Assembly: GCA_023450935.1 (NCBI GenBank)
Contig: JAEXGH010000023.1
Coordinates: 436-64,435 of the forward strand
From: Verrucomicrobiota bacterium
GTDB lineage: Bacteria; Verrucomicrobiota; Verrucomicrobiia; Opitutales; Intestinicryptomonadaceae
DNA: 64,000 bases
Reading direction: 5' to 3'
A program made the position numbers and the translations under genes. The notes beneath the pieces were generated by a model. The model was not told the DNA's origin and searched no databases. It saw only the letters and a list, made by a program, of their open reading frames with translations. Shown piece by piece: positions 9,159-18,625 of this stretch; position 1 is the first letter of the stretch, and each line of letters starts with the position of its first letter.

Positions 9159-12100
9159 ATGAAAAGACTACTACCAACACTCGCCGCGTTGTCGGCTCTG
9201 TTTCAGACGGCGTTTGCGGCCGATTTGACCGAAAACGCGTGGCTTGACTACCAAGTCGTGAAAATCAACAAGGAAAGCCCGTCGGCGGCAATGAAAGTTT
9301 TTGGAAAGGCGTCCGACGCGGAAAAACCCGTTTCAATTGCCGATGTCGATAAAATCCACGAAGGCGACCGCTACAAGCTTCTTAACGGGCAGTGGAAGTT
9401 CTTCTTTGCCGACACTCCCAAGCAGGTAAAGAAGGAGTTTTTCGCCGAAAAGTTCGACGACTCCAAATGGAAGTTCATCAAAGTGCCCAACTCTTGGCAG
9501 AGCGAAGGCTACGACACCATTTTCTACAACAACACCACCCTCGAGTTCATGTATGACAAAAAGGGCAATATGTTGCCAGATTTCGTCAACGGCCCGAGTA
9601 TGTTCAAGCGCAATGTCTACGCGCCCGTAGTAAAGAAATTCTACATTCCCGAAGGGCACAAGCAGTCGGGCATCTACCGCCGCACGTTCACGGTTCCCGC
9701 CGACTGGAAGGGCGAAAACGTGTTCATACGCTTCGACGGCGTCCGCACGGGCTTCCGCTTCTTCGTAAACGGAAAGTTCATCGGCTACAGCGAAGACAGC
9801 TTCACGCCCGCGGAATTCAATATTACCGACTACATCAAGCGCGGCGCGGAAAACACGCTTGCAGTCCAAGTCTACAAATACTCGACCGGCGCGTATAACG
9901 AAATGCAGGATATGCCCCATGTTATGGGAATTATCCGCGACGTGTTCCTGCTGGCGCGTCCCGATGTCTATGTAAAAGACTACCACGCCCCCGCGGAGCT
10001 TTCCGCCGACCTCGATTCCGCGACAATAGACCTGACCGTAACGTTGCGCAACCTATCCGACAAGCCGCAAAACGGCGTCAATGTGGAGGCGTATCTGCTG
10101 GACGAAGACGGTAAAATCTTCAGAAAAAGCTTCTGGAGCGCGCCGCTTTTGGACGAAACCGCCGATGTCAAGCCCGATTCGCTTGCGCAAATCAACAAGA
10201 AAATCGACGTTTCGGGCTTCAAGCTTTGGAGTCCCGACAAGCCCAACTTCTACACGCTTTGCATAAAGCTCTCCAAAAACGGCAAAGAGCTTGAAACAGT
10301 CCGCGCCGACTTCGGCTTCAGAAAGTTCAAAATCGTCAACAGGCACCTCGAGCTAAACAACAAGAAAATGCTCATAAAGGGGGTCAACCGCCACGACTGG
10401 TCGCCCAAAACGGGCAAGGCGGTGAGTTTCGACGAAATGAAGCAGGACGTGGAGTTGATGAAGCGCGCCAACGTGAACTTCGTCCGCGCCTCGCACTACC
10501 CCAACGACGACCGTTTCTACATGCTTTGCAACCGCTACGGTTTGGCGGTTCTGGACGAAAACAACCACGAACAGCACGCGTTTTTGCGCAACCCCGCAAT
10601 CAATCTGCCAAACCACGTTCCGCAGATGGTTGACAGAGCCGAAAATATGGTATTCCGCGACAGAAACATTCCGTCGATTATGATTTTCTCGGTCGGCAAC
10701 GAGTCGTCGTTGCTCTACACGCTCGGGCACAAGGCTACGGAGCAGGTTGTGCGCAAGAATTCGCCCCAGCACTACTTCATGTCGCACGGCGAAACATACG
10801 ACATCATCAACGGCGCGCCCAACGGCACTTCCGACTTCGTAACGCCGATGTATCGCGACATCACCCAGATGGAACGCTATCTGGAAATGGACACAAAAAA
10901 ACCCTTCTTCCACGCCGAATACGCCCACGCAATGGGCAATTCAATCGGCAATTTGGAGGGAATGTGGAAGTTCCTGCGCAAGCACGAGGGCACAAACGGC
11001 GGCTTCATTTGGGACTGGGTTGACCAGTCTTTCTACCTGCCCTGCGAAAACGACAAAACAAAGAAATACCTCTCCGACGGGCGCGACTGGAATACAATCC
11101 CGACACAGCAAAACTTCTGCTGCAACGGCATAATCTTCGCCGACAGAACGGTATCGGCAAAGTATTTCGAAGTCCAAAAAGTCTACCAGCCGTTCTTTAT
11201 CGAGCAGCTCGGCAAATGCCCCCTCAAGATAACAATCACAAACGACCTCATTTCCTCGAACCTCGACGAATACACGCCCGAAGTGTCGGTTGCGCGCAAC
11301 GGGCGCGTTGTGGCAAAGAAGACGCTAAAGCCGATGTCGCTGGAAGCGGGCAAGACAAAGACGTTCGAAATCGAGCTTCCCGAATTCGACGCAACGCAGA
11401 CGGGCGAATACTTCTACACGCTCGCGTTCAAATATCCGCACAAGCTTCCCTACGCAGAGAAGGGCGAAGTTGCGGCGCAGCAGCAGTTCTTCCTCAAGAA
11501 AGTTGCCGACAAAGAATACGCGGCGCGCGGCAAAATTTCCGTGAGCGAGTCCGACACCAAGGTTGTAGTAAAGGCGGGCAAGGCGGAAATAGTCTTCAAC
11601 GCAGTGCAGAACGCGGAGCTTGTCTCCTACAAGTTCGACGGCAAAGACGTGATTGTCTCGCCCGTGGTGTTCGACTTCAAGGGCGCGGGCACCGACAATC
11701 AGCGCAGAATTTTCGCCAACGAAATCCGCAAAAACAAGCTCGGCAAACTTGTGAATGTCGATTCGAGTTTGCGCGTTCAAAAATTGGGCGAAAACGGCAA
11801 AGTTGACGCCGTCCGCATTACTTGCGAAAACGTCCTCAACAACGGCGCGGACGCGGGCTTTAAAACCACGTTCGTCTACACCATTCTGCCCGACGGCTCA
11901 ATGCAGGTCTCCTCGCAGCTTGTAAAACTCAACAAAATGCCGCGCTATTTGATGGTTGCGCGTTTCGGGCTCAGAATGGGTATAAACAAGAAATTCGACA
12001 ACGTAGAATACTTCGGCAAAGGCCCGTTTGCAAACTATATCGACAGAGCCGCCGCGGCGAACGTCGGCTTGTATAGCTCGAAAGTGGCCGACTGGTTCGA

Positions 12101-12581
12101 GCCGTTCACCTACACGCAGGATACGGGCAACCGCGAACAGGTTCGCTGGCTCGCGCTCTCAAACGGCAAACAAGGCGTGTTGTTCTCGGCGCAGACTCCG
12201 CTTGCAATGGCGGTTTTGCCCAATACTCAGGAGGAAATCGCCAAGGCGAAACACCCGTATCTGCTTCCCGAAAGTTCCGCAACCGACTTGCGCATTTCCG
12301 CAAAAGTCCCCGGGTTGGGCAACGCTTCTTGCGGACTGCCCGTGCGCGACGAATTCAGAATCGACTTCAAGGGTTCGATTGAATGGAAGTTCAACATCCG
12401 CCCCGTTGAAAATATGGCGGACGTGGAAAAAATGGGCGCGGAATTGTTCCCCCAAAAGTTCGATTTCTCGTTCAAGCACTTCGACAAGAACCAGAAGTTC
12501 GACCTCAGGAAGTTCGACTCGATTCTCAATTCCGCCGACAAGCCCGCAAAGAAGGGTATCGGCGAGGGTAGCGCATACTAA
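9159..12581 (+). CDS. Secreted GH2 family beta-galactosidase-like glycoside hydrolase
   Basis: 1140 aa with the signal peptide 'MKRLLPTLAALSALFQTAFA'. The LacZ-type acid/base region is 'FSVGNES' and the nucleophile region is 'FHAEYAHAMGNS'. The C-terminal half looks like a Bgal small-chain domain. Confidence 0.85.
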   Translation: MKRLLPTLAALSALFQTAFAADLTENAWLDYQVVKINKESPSAAMKVFGKASDAEKPVSIADVDKIHEGDRYKLLNGQWKFFFADTPKQVKKEFFAEKFDDSKWKFIKVPNSWQSEGYDTIFYNNTTLEFMYDKKGNMLPDFVNGPSMFKRNVYAPVVKKFYIPEGHKQSGIYRRTFTVPADWKGENVFIRFDGVRTGFRFFVNGKFIGYSEDSFTPAEFNITDYIKRGAENTLAVQVYKYSTGAYNEMQDMPHVMGIIRDVFLLARPDVYVKDYHAPAELSADLDSATIDLTVTLRNLSDKPQNGVNVEAYLLDEDGKIFRKSFWSAPLLDETADVKPDSLAQINKKIDVSGFKLWSPDKPNFYTLCIKLSKNGKELETVRADFGFRKFKIVNRHLELNNKKMLIKGVNRHDWSPKTGKAVSFDEMKQDVELMKRANVNFVRASHYPNDDRFYMLCNRYGLAVLDENNHEQHAFLRNPAINLPNHVPQMVDRAENMVFRDRNIPSIMIFSVGNESSLLYTLGHKATEQVVRKNSPQHYFMSHGETYDIINGAPNGTSDFVTPMYRDITQMERYLEMDTKKPFFHAEYAHAMGNSIGNLEGMWKFLRKHEGTNGGFIWDWVDQSFYLPCENDKTKKYLSDGRDWNTIPTQQNFCCNGIIFADRTVSAKYFEVQKVYQPFFIEQLGKCPLKITITNDLISSNLDEYTPEVSVARNGRVVAKKTLKPMSLEAGKTKTFEIELPEFDATQTGEYFYTLAFKYPHKLPYAEKGEVAAQQQFFLKKVADKEYAARGKISVSESDTKVVVKAGKAEIVFNAVQNAELVSYKFDGKDVIVSPVVFDFKGAGTDNQRRIFANEIRKNKLGKLVNVDSSLRVQKLGENGKVDAVRITCENVLNNGADAGFKTTFVYTILPDGSMQVSSQLVKLNKMPRYLMVARFGLRMGINKKFDNVEYFGKGPFANYIDRAAAANVGLYSSKVADWFEPFTYTQDTGNREQVRWLALSNGKQGVLFSAQTPLAMAVLPNTQEEIAKAKHPYLLPESSATDLRISAKVPGLGNASCGLPVRDEFRIDFKGSIEWKFNIRPVENMADVEKMGAELFPQKFDFSFKHFDKNQKFDLRKFDSILNSADKPAKKGIGEGSAY

Positions 12582-12620
12582 TATCAAGCCCGCAAGCGGG
12601 CAATCCACCGCATTTTCGGC

Positions 12621-12653
12621 GGACGCACATTTCAAACGTGCGTTCGTTTTTTT
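12621..12653 (+). terminator. Rho-independent terminator of the GH2 gene
   Basis: Stem ggacgcac / gtgcgttc (one G-U pair) with a 9-nt loop, then gTTTTTTT (12646-12653). Confidence 0.7.
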
Positions 12654-12808
12654 GTCGCGGATAAAAACTTGGTTTGGCGGCAGCAAAAAATATCGGGGGA
12701 AACTACATTTCGGCAGTTGCGTGTTTGCGGAAGCGTTTGCCGCCGAATAAGCTGCGGCGGTGCTTCCGTCCGGTCGTCCCCGAGGGAAGTTAGGCGGGAG
12801 CGTCTTTT

Positions 12809-14017
12809 CTACTTGTTTTGCGCGCCTTTCGAGGCATCGTCTCCGCCGAGCCGATAGCGCATAAACGGGGCTATAATTGAAACAAACAGCCCCACGAACG
12901 CCATTGTCGCAAACGACACTCTCAGGCTCAATGCGTGTGCTATGAAACCGATTAGCGGCGGGCCCATCAAAAAGCCGATAAACCCTATGCTCGAAACAGT
13001 CGCTATGGCGACTCCCGCGGGTATGCGTTTAGACTTCCCCGCCGAGCTGTAGCAAATCGGCACAACCGAGGAAACGCCTATTCCCACAAGGAAAAATCCC
13101 AACGCCGCCGTTATCGGATAGGGGAAAAACACGGCGGTCATCATGCCCGCCATAATAGTTATTCCGTTGAATTGCAGCACGCGGATTGGCCCGTATTTGT
13201 TCACGAAGTAGTCCGACGAAAATCTGCCCGTCGCCATCATAGACATAAAACAAATGTAGCCTATGCTGCTTATTTCGACGGGCACGCGGACAACGTCCCT
13301 GAAGTAGATTACGCTCCAATCGAACATAGTGCCCTCGCAGCTCATGCTTCCGAACGCCGTAGCGCCCAACATCAAAATAAACGGCGTGGGCGAGAAAAAT
13401 CCGCGCGTTTTGCCCGCATCGGCGGCGGCGTTTTCCCCGCTGCGCGGAGTGTCGTTTGCAAGCAGCAGTTTGCCGAAAACCGCCAAGTTTACAAATGCGT
13501 AGGCTATGACAATCAGAAAATGCGCCGTGATGCCTATCCCCAGATTTATCAGCCCCATCGTAATGAAACCGCCGAATACGCACGCCAAACTCCAGGTGCC
13601 GTGGAACATTCCCATGCTTGTGCGCCCATTTATATTTTCGACCGAAACTCCCTGCGTGTTTATCGAAATATTGTTTATGTTTGCCGCCACACCGAAGCAA
13701 ATCAGACTTGCAAAAAGCTGCCATTTATTTTGCGCCGCATCGATAAGCAGCAGGAAGGTGGGATACAACGCCGTGCCCAAATAAATACACTTTTTGCTCG
13801 AAAAGCGCGAGACAAGATATCCCGAAAGCGGCATTGTAAGCAGCTGGCCTATCGGCAGCCCCAGAAGAATCACCCCCAAGTCGGCTTCGGAAAAACCGAG
13901 AGCCGTTCTGATGTCGGCAATGCGGTTCGACCACGTCGAAAAAATTATGCCCTGCATGAAAAAAAACGCGCAGGCGGCGAGCTTGAATGCCGTAATTTGT
14001 TTTTTGTCGTATTCCAT
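12809..14017 (-). CDS. MFS transporter
   Basis: About 400 aa with 12 predicted hydrophobic spans and an MFS-like loop 'LSGYLVSRFSSKK'. The first ATG is at 14015-14017 ('MEYDKKQ'). The ORF-track start at 14044 is a TTG and remains an alternative. Confidence 0.7.
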   Translation of the reverse strand: MEYDKKQITAFKLAACAFFFMQGIIFSTWSNRIADIRTALGFSEADLGVILLGLPIGQLLTMPLSGYLVSRFSSKKCIYLGTALYPTFLLLIDAAQNKWQLFASLICFGVAANINNISINTQGVSVENINGRTSMGMFHGTWSLACVFGGFITMGLINLGIGITAHFLIVIAYAFVNLAVFGKLLLANDTPRSGENAAADAGKTRGFFSPTPFILMLGATAFGSMSCEGTMFDWSVIYFRDVVRVPVEISSIGYICFMSMMATGRFSSDYFVNKYGPIRVLQFNGITIMAGMMTAVFFPYPITAALGFFLVGIGVSSVVPICYSSAGKSKRIPAGVAIATVSSIGFIGFLMGPPLIGFIAHALSLRVSFATMAFVGLFVSIIAPFMRYRLGGDDASKGAQNK

Positions 14018-14089
14018 CGGTGTGTTATTTTTGCGCGTATTCAACCCCTTTCCAAAAATAATTCAACAATTTTATCCGGATTGCGGGCG

Positions 14090-14116
14090 TAAAAAAACGC
14101 GGAAAAAAACCGCGTT
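14090..14116 (-). terminator. Rho-independent terminator after the ACP/GcvT-like operon
   Basis: On the minus strand: AACGCGG-TTTTTTT-CCGCGTT followed by a T-run (14096-14102 / 14110-14116, tail 14090-14095). It separates the GcvT-like gene from the MFS gene. Confidence 0.7.
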
Positions 14117-14142
14117 GCAAAAGGGCTGTTGCCATTCCGCGC

Positions 14143-15189
14143 TCAGAATCCGTCCATTCCGCGCAGCAGACTTTGGGCGAGTATTGCGGGGCGCGCGACG
14201 GTCGCAAACGCGGGCTGCCCGTCTGAGTTGTCGAAGACAAGTCCCGCGTAGGCTACGGTTTCGTCTATGAGCGCGAGGGCGAACGAGGGGTCGGATTCGT
14301 CAACGGCGGCAATTTCGCCGACTTGTTGCGCGCCGTTGAAGATTCCGTCCGAAACTTTCGGCGCGGCGGCGTTTACCGCAATGAGCTTGCGTTTTTTTGC
14401 TGCTCTGGCGGCGGCGAATCTTTCTGCAAACGCGTCTTTGTGCATGTCCATTTGCCACTGCAATCCGAGTTCGAAGGGGTTTGCCGTCCTTCGCCCCTCC
14501 GCGAAAATGTTGAAAAAATTGCCTTTTGCGCGGGCGGCTAAAACCGCGCGCGTTCCCGCAAGCGCGCCTCCGAGCTCCAGCACGGCGTTTTTGAGGTCTT
14601 CGAACAACTGCGCGGCGGCGTCGTTTTCAACGAGGATTTGGTAGCCGAATTCGCCAGTTTTTCCCGCGCGCACCACTACCGCGCCGCTTCCGCGAAAATC
14701 GTATTTTCCCGCCGACATAAACGACATATTGAATATGTCCGCGCCGAAGAGCTTTTTTACCGCCTTCCACGCATCTGGGCCGTCAACGGAGAGCAATGTG
14801 TGGGTGCCGTCGATATCCGCGCCGTTTTGCGCGAATGCGTTGCGGACTTGCTCCGGAAAGTCGGTTTCTGCGAAGACGAAAATTTTGTCGTCGATATCCG
14901 CAAGCGTCGTCGCCGCGCTGACGAACCCGTTCCCGTCGGGCAAAAACGTTTCCATAGCCCTGCCGTAGCGTAGCTTCAGCACGTTGCCCGCGAGCTTTCC
15001 GTCGAGAAACTCCGCACCGTCGGCTTCGTCGAACGCGAATTTTTGGACGAACGACATATCCCAGAGCACCGCCGAATTACGCAAAGCCTCCGTTTCGCGC
15101 GCCAAGCCCGCAACGGTATCGACGCATTCCGCCGCGCCGAGCGAGCCGAGTTTTGCCCCGTTTGAAATCCACTGTTTTTCGAGCGTCAT
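14143..15189 (-). CDS. GcvT-like (aminomethyltransferase / YgfZ folate-binding fold) protein
   Basis: 348 aa. 'AVLWDMSFVQKFAFDEADGAEFLDGKLAGNVLKL..GRAMETFLPDGNGFV' follows the GcvT N-terminal pattern (lfDvSh..i.v.G.da..fL..l.tndv). A C-terminal barrel-like region ends 'AILAQSLLRG'. The ATG at 15187-15189 overlaps the stop of the upstream ACP (ATGA). Confidence 0.65.
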   Translation of the reverse strand: MTLEKQWISNGAKLGSLGAAECVDTVAGLARETEALRNSAVLWDMSFVQKFAFDEADGAEFLDGKLAGNVLKLRYGRAMETFLPDGNGFVSAATTLADIDDKIFVFAETDFPEQVRNAFAQNGADIDGTHTLLSVDGPDAWKAVKKLFGADIFNMSFMSAGKYDFRGSGAVVVRAGKTGEFGYQILVENDAAAQLFEDLKNAVLELGGALAGTRAVLAARAKGNFFNIFAEGRRTANPFELGLQWQMDMHKDAFAERFAAARAAKKRKLIAVNAAAPKVSDGIFNGAQQVGEIAAVDESDPSFALALIDETVAYAGLVFDNSDGQPAFATVARPAILAQSLLRGMDGF

Positions 15190-15467
15190 TGAGCCTCCTT
15201 TTGCGCGTTTATTATGAAGTCCACAAGCGTGTTGAACGAGCGCAGAACCGAAAGGTCGCCTTCGGGAATCTTCACTCCGAATACCGACTCGGCGCACGAA
15301 ACTATCTCGAGAATGTCGAGCGAATCAAGCCCCAGCCCCGAGCCCACAAGCGCGATGTCTTCATGTATGTCGCGCGGGTCGATATCCAAGTCGAGGCTTT
15401 CGGCGAGTTTCGCCTTCAGCTGTTCCGACACTTCCCTGCGTCGTTTCAGTTTGAGTTGGTCTATCAT
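15186..15467 (-). CDS. Acyl carrier protein (cluster ACP 1)
   Basis: 93 aa from the ATG at 15465-15467. Phosphopantetheine attachment motif 'GLGLDSLDILEIV'. Confidence 0.8.
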   Translation of the reverse strand: MIDQLKLKRRREVSEQLKAKLAESLDLDIDPRDIHEDIALVGSGLGLDSLDILEIVSCAESVFGVKIPEGDLSVLRSFNTLVDFIINAQKEAQ

Positions 15468-15548
15468 AAAAATAATGTCGAATTTCTCAAAAAAAAGGTC
15501 GATTATGCCAACATAATTGGCACGATATTTCAAGCATAAACACAAGTT

Positions 15549-16256
15549 ATGAAATTTTGCATAGTCATTCCCTGCTACAACCACGAGGAAACGCTCGCCG
15601 CCGCAGTGGCGTCGCTGCCCGCGGGCGTTGACGTAGTTGTTGTGGACGATGGCAGCAACACTCCCATAGGGGCTGTCGGCGGGGCGGAGGTTTTGCGGCT
15701 GGAAAAAAATTCGGGCAAGGCGGCCGCGTTAAGGGCTGGGTTTGCGCGGGCGCGTTCGCTGGGCGCAACGCACGTTATTTCAATGGACGCCGACGGTCAG
15801 CACCCCGCCGAATATCTCGGGAAAATTATGGACGCCGCGCGGGAAAATCCCGAAAACATAGTTGTTGCCGTGCGCGATTTCGACAATCCCGCAGTGCCTG
15901 CGGGGCGGCGGTTTCTGAACCGTTTTTCCAATTTCTGGTTTCGGGCGGAAACGGGAAAAACATTGGGCGACACGCAGTGCGGCTTCCGCTGCTATCCGCT
16001 GGAGGTGCTTGAAAGACTCGATTTGCGCTTGGGCGGATTCGCCTTCGAAGTCGAACTTCTCGTCAAGGCGGCGTGGGCGGGAACGGATTTTTGCGAAGTG
16101 CCCATTCCCGCAATATACACGGCGCAGACGCTTGCAAAGTCGCATTACAAGCCGTTTTCGGACACGCTGAAATTTTCGGCTATGAACACGCGCCTGTTTT
16201 TCGAATCGGTTTTTCTGTCGAAAAGCGCGCTGAAAAAAATCGTCCTTAAAAAATGA
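15549..16256 (+). CDS. Family 2 glycosyltransferase
   Basis: 'CIVIPCYNHEETL', 'VVVDDGSNTP' and 'SMDADGQH' (DxD). 235 aa. Confidence 0.8.
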   Translation: MKFCIVIPCYNHEETLAAAVASLPAGVDVVVVDDGSNTPIGAVGGAEVLRLEKNSGKAAALRAGFARARSLGATHVISMDADGQHPAEYLGKIMDAARENPENIVVAVRDFDNPAVPAGRRFLNRFSNFWFRAETGKTLGDTQCGFRCYPLEVLERLDLRLGGFAFEVELLVKAAWAGTDFCEVPIPAIYTAQTLAKSHYKPFSDTLKFSAMNTRLFFESVFLSKSALKKIVLKK

Positions 16257-18625
16257 ACATTCGGGCGGCTACGGATTTTGTGATGCGCTTCAAGGCGGCT
16301 GTCGTTGCGACGGCGGTTGCGGTTGCGTGCGCGGCGGCGGTTGTTGTTTCCCGCGCGGATTTCGCCGAAAACATATACGACGCCGTCCCGAAGTCGGACG
16401 CCGTGATACAGTCGCACATTTGGGCGAACAAAATTTTCAACCGCGCCGACGCCCTTTTTTTCGACGTCGAAAAATCCGTCAACGCGCCCGCGTTCGTTGC
16501 CGAACTCGCCGCGCGCCTTGCCAAAGTAGACGGCATTTCGCGCGTTTCTGGGGCGGCTTCTTCCGCCAAATTCGACCCGCGCATACTCGCATACGTTCCC
16601 GCGGTTTTCGACGCCGCCGCGGCGGAATCGCTTTCGCAAAAATTGACGGAATCCGCGCTTGCCGAACGCTTCCTTTCGCTTAAAAAGGCCGTTTTGGGCA
16701 ACGACTACGCCGCAAAATTCGCCCTGAAATACGACGCCCTCGGCGTTTTTGCCGCCGCCGCGCAAAACCTCAAAACGCGCGCGCTGCCCGCGGGCGTATC
16801 GACGGAGGGCTCGCGCATTGTTTCGGCATCGGGCGGCTCGTATTTGGTCGTCGCGGAAGGTTCGTTTGCGTGTTCCGATTCCGGACGAAGCGGGCGTCTT
16901 GTTGCCGATGTCTTAAAAATCCTCGACGACCTCAAAGCCCGCTATCCCGATGTCAGCGCGGCGTTCGCGGGCGGATACAGAGTGGCTGCCGACAACGCCG
17001 CAATAGCCAAAGCCGACTCCTTCAAATGTCTTTGGCTTACAATCGCAGTTATGGCGGTGCTGTGTGCGTTTTCGTTCGGCAACAGGGTTTTCGCGCTCGT
17101 AGCCCCGTTGCCTTCGGTGTTCGGCTCGGCGGTTGCGTTCGCTGTTGTGTGCGCGTTTTTCCCGACCGTTTCGGCGGTGTCCGTCGCGTTCGCGGGAATC
17201 GCAATAGGGGTGAGCATTGACTACGCGATACACGTTTTGTCGGCAATCGACGCGCGCTCGGGCGAATACCGCGCCGCCGACGCCCGCGCAGACTTTGCAG
17301 GGCTGGCGCGCCCCATAGGCGTCGTCTCCGCAACTACGGCGGCGGCCTTCGCGCTGATGTTGTGCTTCGGCGGCGACGGCTTTTTGCAGCTCGGAATTTT
17401 CGGGGTGGCGGGCATATTCGTTTCGGCGGCGGCAAGTTTGACGCTGCCCGCGCTGTTCTCGGGAATGCGGCTTAAAAACAGGGTTCGGCGGACGCTGCCC
17501 GAAATTGCCGGAGCTGCGCTGGCGCGTTTTTCGCGGTCGAGACTTTCGCTTGTTGTGTTTGTTTTGCTGAGCGTTTTTGCGGCGGCGAACGTTTCGAAAG
17601 TCGGCTTCAACGGCGACTTGTCTTCGTTCAACATAAGAACCTCCGCCGCGCGCGCAGACTACGACTGCATTCGAAAAAATTGGGACGGCGTGCTCGGCGG
17701 CAAAAGCGTTGTTTTGCGCGCCGAAAATTTCGGGGAATTGCTTGCGGCGAAGGAGCGGCTCGACGTATTTTTCGAATCGCGCGGCATTGCAGCCTCGGGG
17801 TTGCAGACTGCGTTGCAGCCCGTGCGGATACAGCGCGAAAACGCCGAACGCTGGCGCGCGTTCTTTGCCGACCCCGCGTTGCGCGAACGTGTGCGCGATG
17901 CATGCAAAAAAGCGGGGCTGAATTTCGGACGCATTTATTCGGCATACGAAAAGAATCCCGAAATGCTCGCCGATACTGCCGCGTTCGCCGCCTCGCCGCT
18001 CGCCGAAATTATGCGCGGCTGCGTCCGCGCCGACGGCGGGGTTTGCGCGCTTTCGGCTTCTTTTGCTCCGCCCGAGGGCTTCGACGCGCCCGCGTTCGCC
18101 GCCGCACTTGCGCGGTCGGTTCCCGAAGCGTCGCTTGTCGATGCCGCATACCTCGGTTCGCGCATAGCCGACATTTCATTTGAATGGCTCGCGAAGTTTG
18201 CCGCGGCGGCCTTCGCGTTTGCGGGCGTTTATTTGTTCGCGGTTTACGGCTGTTGTGTTCGCGCGGTGGCGGCGGTCTTGATTCCCGTTGCGGTAGGGCT
18301 TTTCTGGAGCTTCGGCGCGATGGGCTTTTTCGGAATACAAATCAACATAATAAATTCCGTGTTCGTGGTGTTTGCCGTGTGCATGGCGCAGGATTACGCC
18401 GTGTTTGTCTTCAACGGCGTGCGGCGCGGCGGCGGGATTGCGCGTGTGTTCGCGCCCGTATTTTTGTCGGCGGCGACAACGGTGTCGGCGTTCGGGGTTT
18501 TGTGCGTTTCAAAACACCCCGTTATAAACGGTCTAGGCGCGGCTTCGGCGATTTCGATTTTCGGAATATTTTTGGCTTGCGCGTGTCTTGCGGAAAGGAT
18601 TTCCCGATATGGAAAAAAATCTTAA
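16253..18625 (+). CDS. MMPL / RND-superfamily lipid exporter
   Basis: 790 aa arranged as two blocks, each a periplasmic loop followed by about 5-6 hydrophobic helices. The size and topology are typical of MMPL exporters found in aryl-polyene-type loci. ATGA overlap with the GT2 gene. Confidence 0.7.
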   Translation: MNIRAATDFVMRFKAAVVATAVAVACAAAVVVSRADFAENIYDAVPKSDAVIQSHIWANKIFNRADALFFDVEKSVNAPAFVAELAARLAKVDGISRVSGAASSAKFDPRILAYVPAVFDAAAAESLSQKLTESALAERFLSLKKAVLGNDYAAKFALKYDALGVFAAAAQNLKTRALPAGVSTEGSRIVSASGGSYLVVAEGSFACSDSGRSGRLVADVLKILDDLKARYPDVSAAFAGGYRVAADNAAIAKADSFKCLWLTIAVMAVLCAFSFGNRVFALVAPLPSVFGSAVAFAVVCAFFPTVSAVSVAFAGIAIGVSIDYAIHVLSAIDARSGEYRAADARADFAGLARPIGVVSATTAAAFALMLCFGGDGFLQLGIFGVAGIFVSAAASLTLPALFSGMRLKNRVRRTLPEIAGAALARFSRSRLSLVVFVLLSVFAAANVSKVGFNGDLSSFNIRTSAARADYDCIRKNWDGVLGGKSVVLRAENFGELLAAKERLDVFFESRGIAASGLQTALQPVRIQRENAERWRAFFADPALRERVRDACKKAGLNFGRIYSAYEKNPEMLADTAAFAASPLAEIMRGCVRADGGVCALSASFAPPEGFDAPAFAAALARSVPEASLVDAAYLGSRIADISFEWLAKFAAAAFAFAGVYLFAVYGCCVRAVAAVLIPVAVGLFWSFGAMGFFGIQINIINSVFVVFAVCMAQDYAVFVFNGVRRGGGIARVFAPVFLSAATTVSAFGVLCVSKHPVINGLGAASAISIFGIFLACACLAERISRYGKKS

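Noticed and set aside
12809-14017. The MFS transporter as part of the lipid locus
   Set aside because: A strong terminator (14090-14116) separates it from the ACP/GcvT-like operon. It is more plausibly linked to the adjacent GH2 sugar-utilisation gene or is independent.
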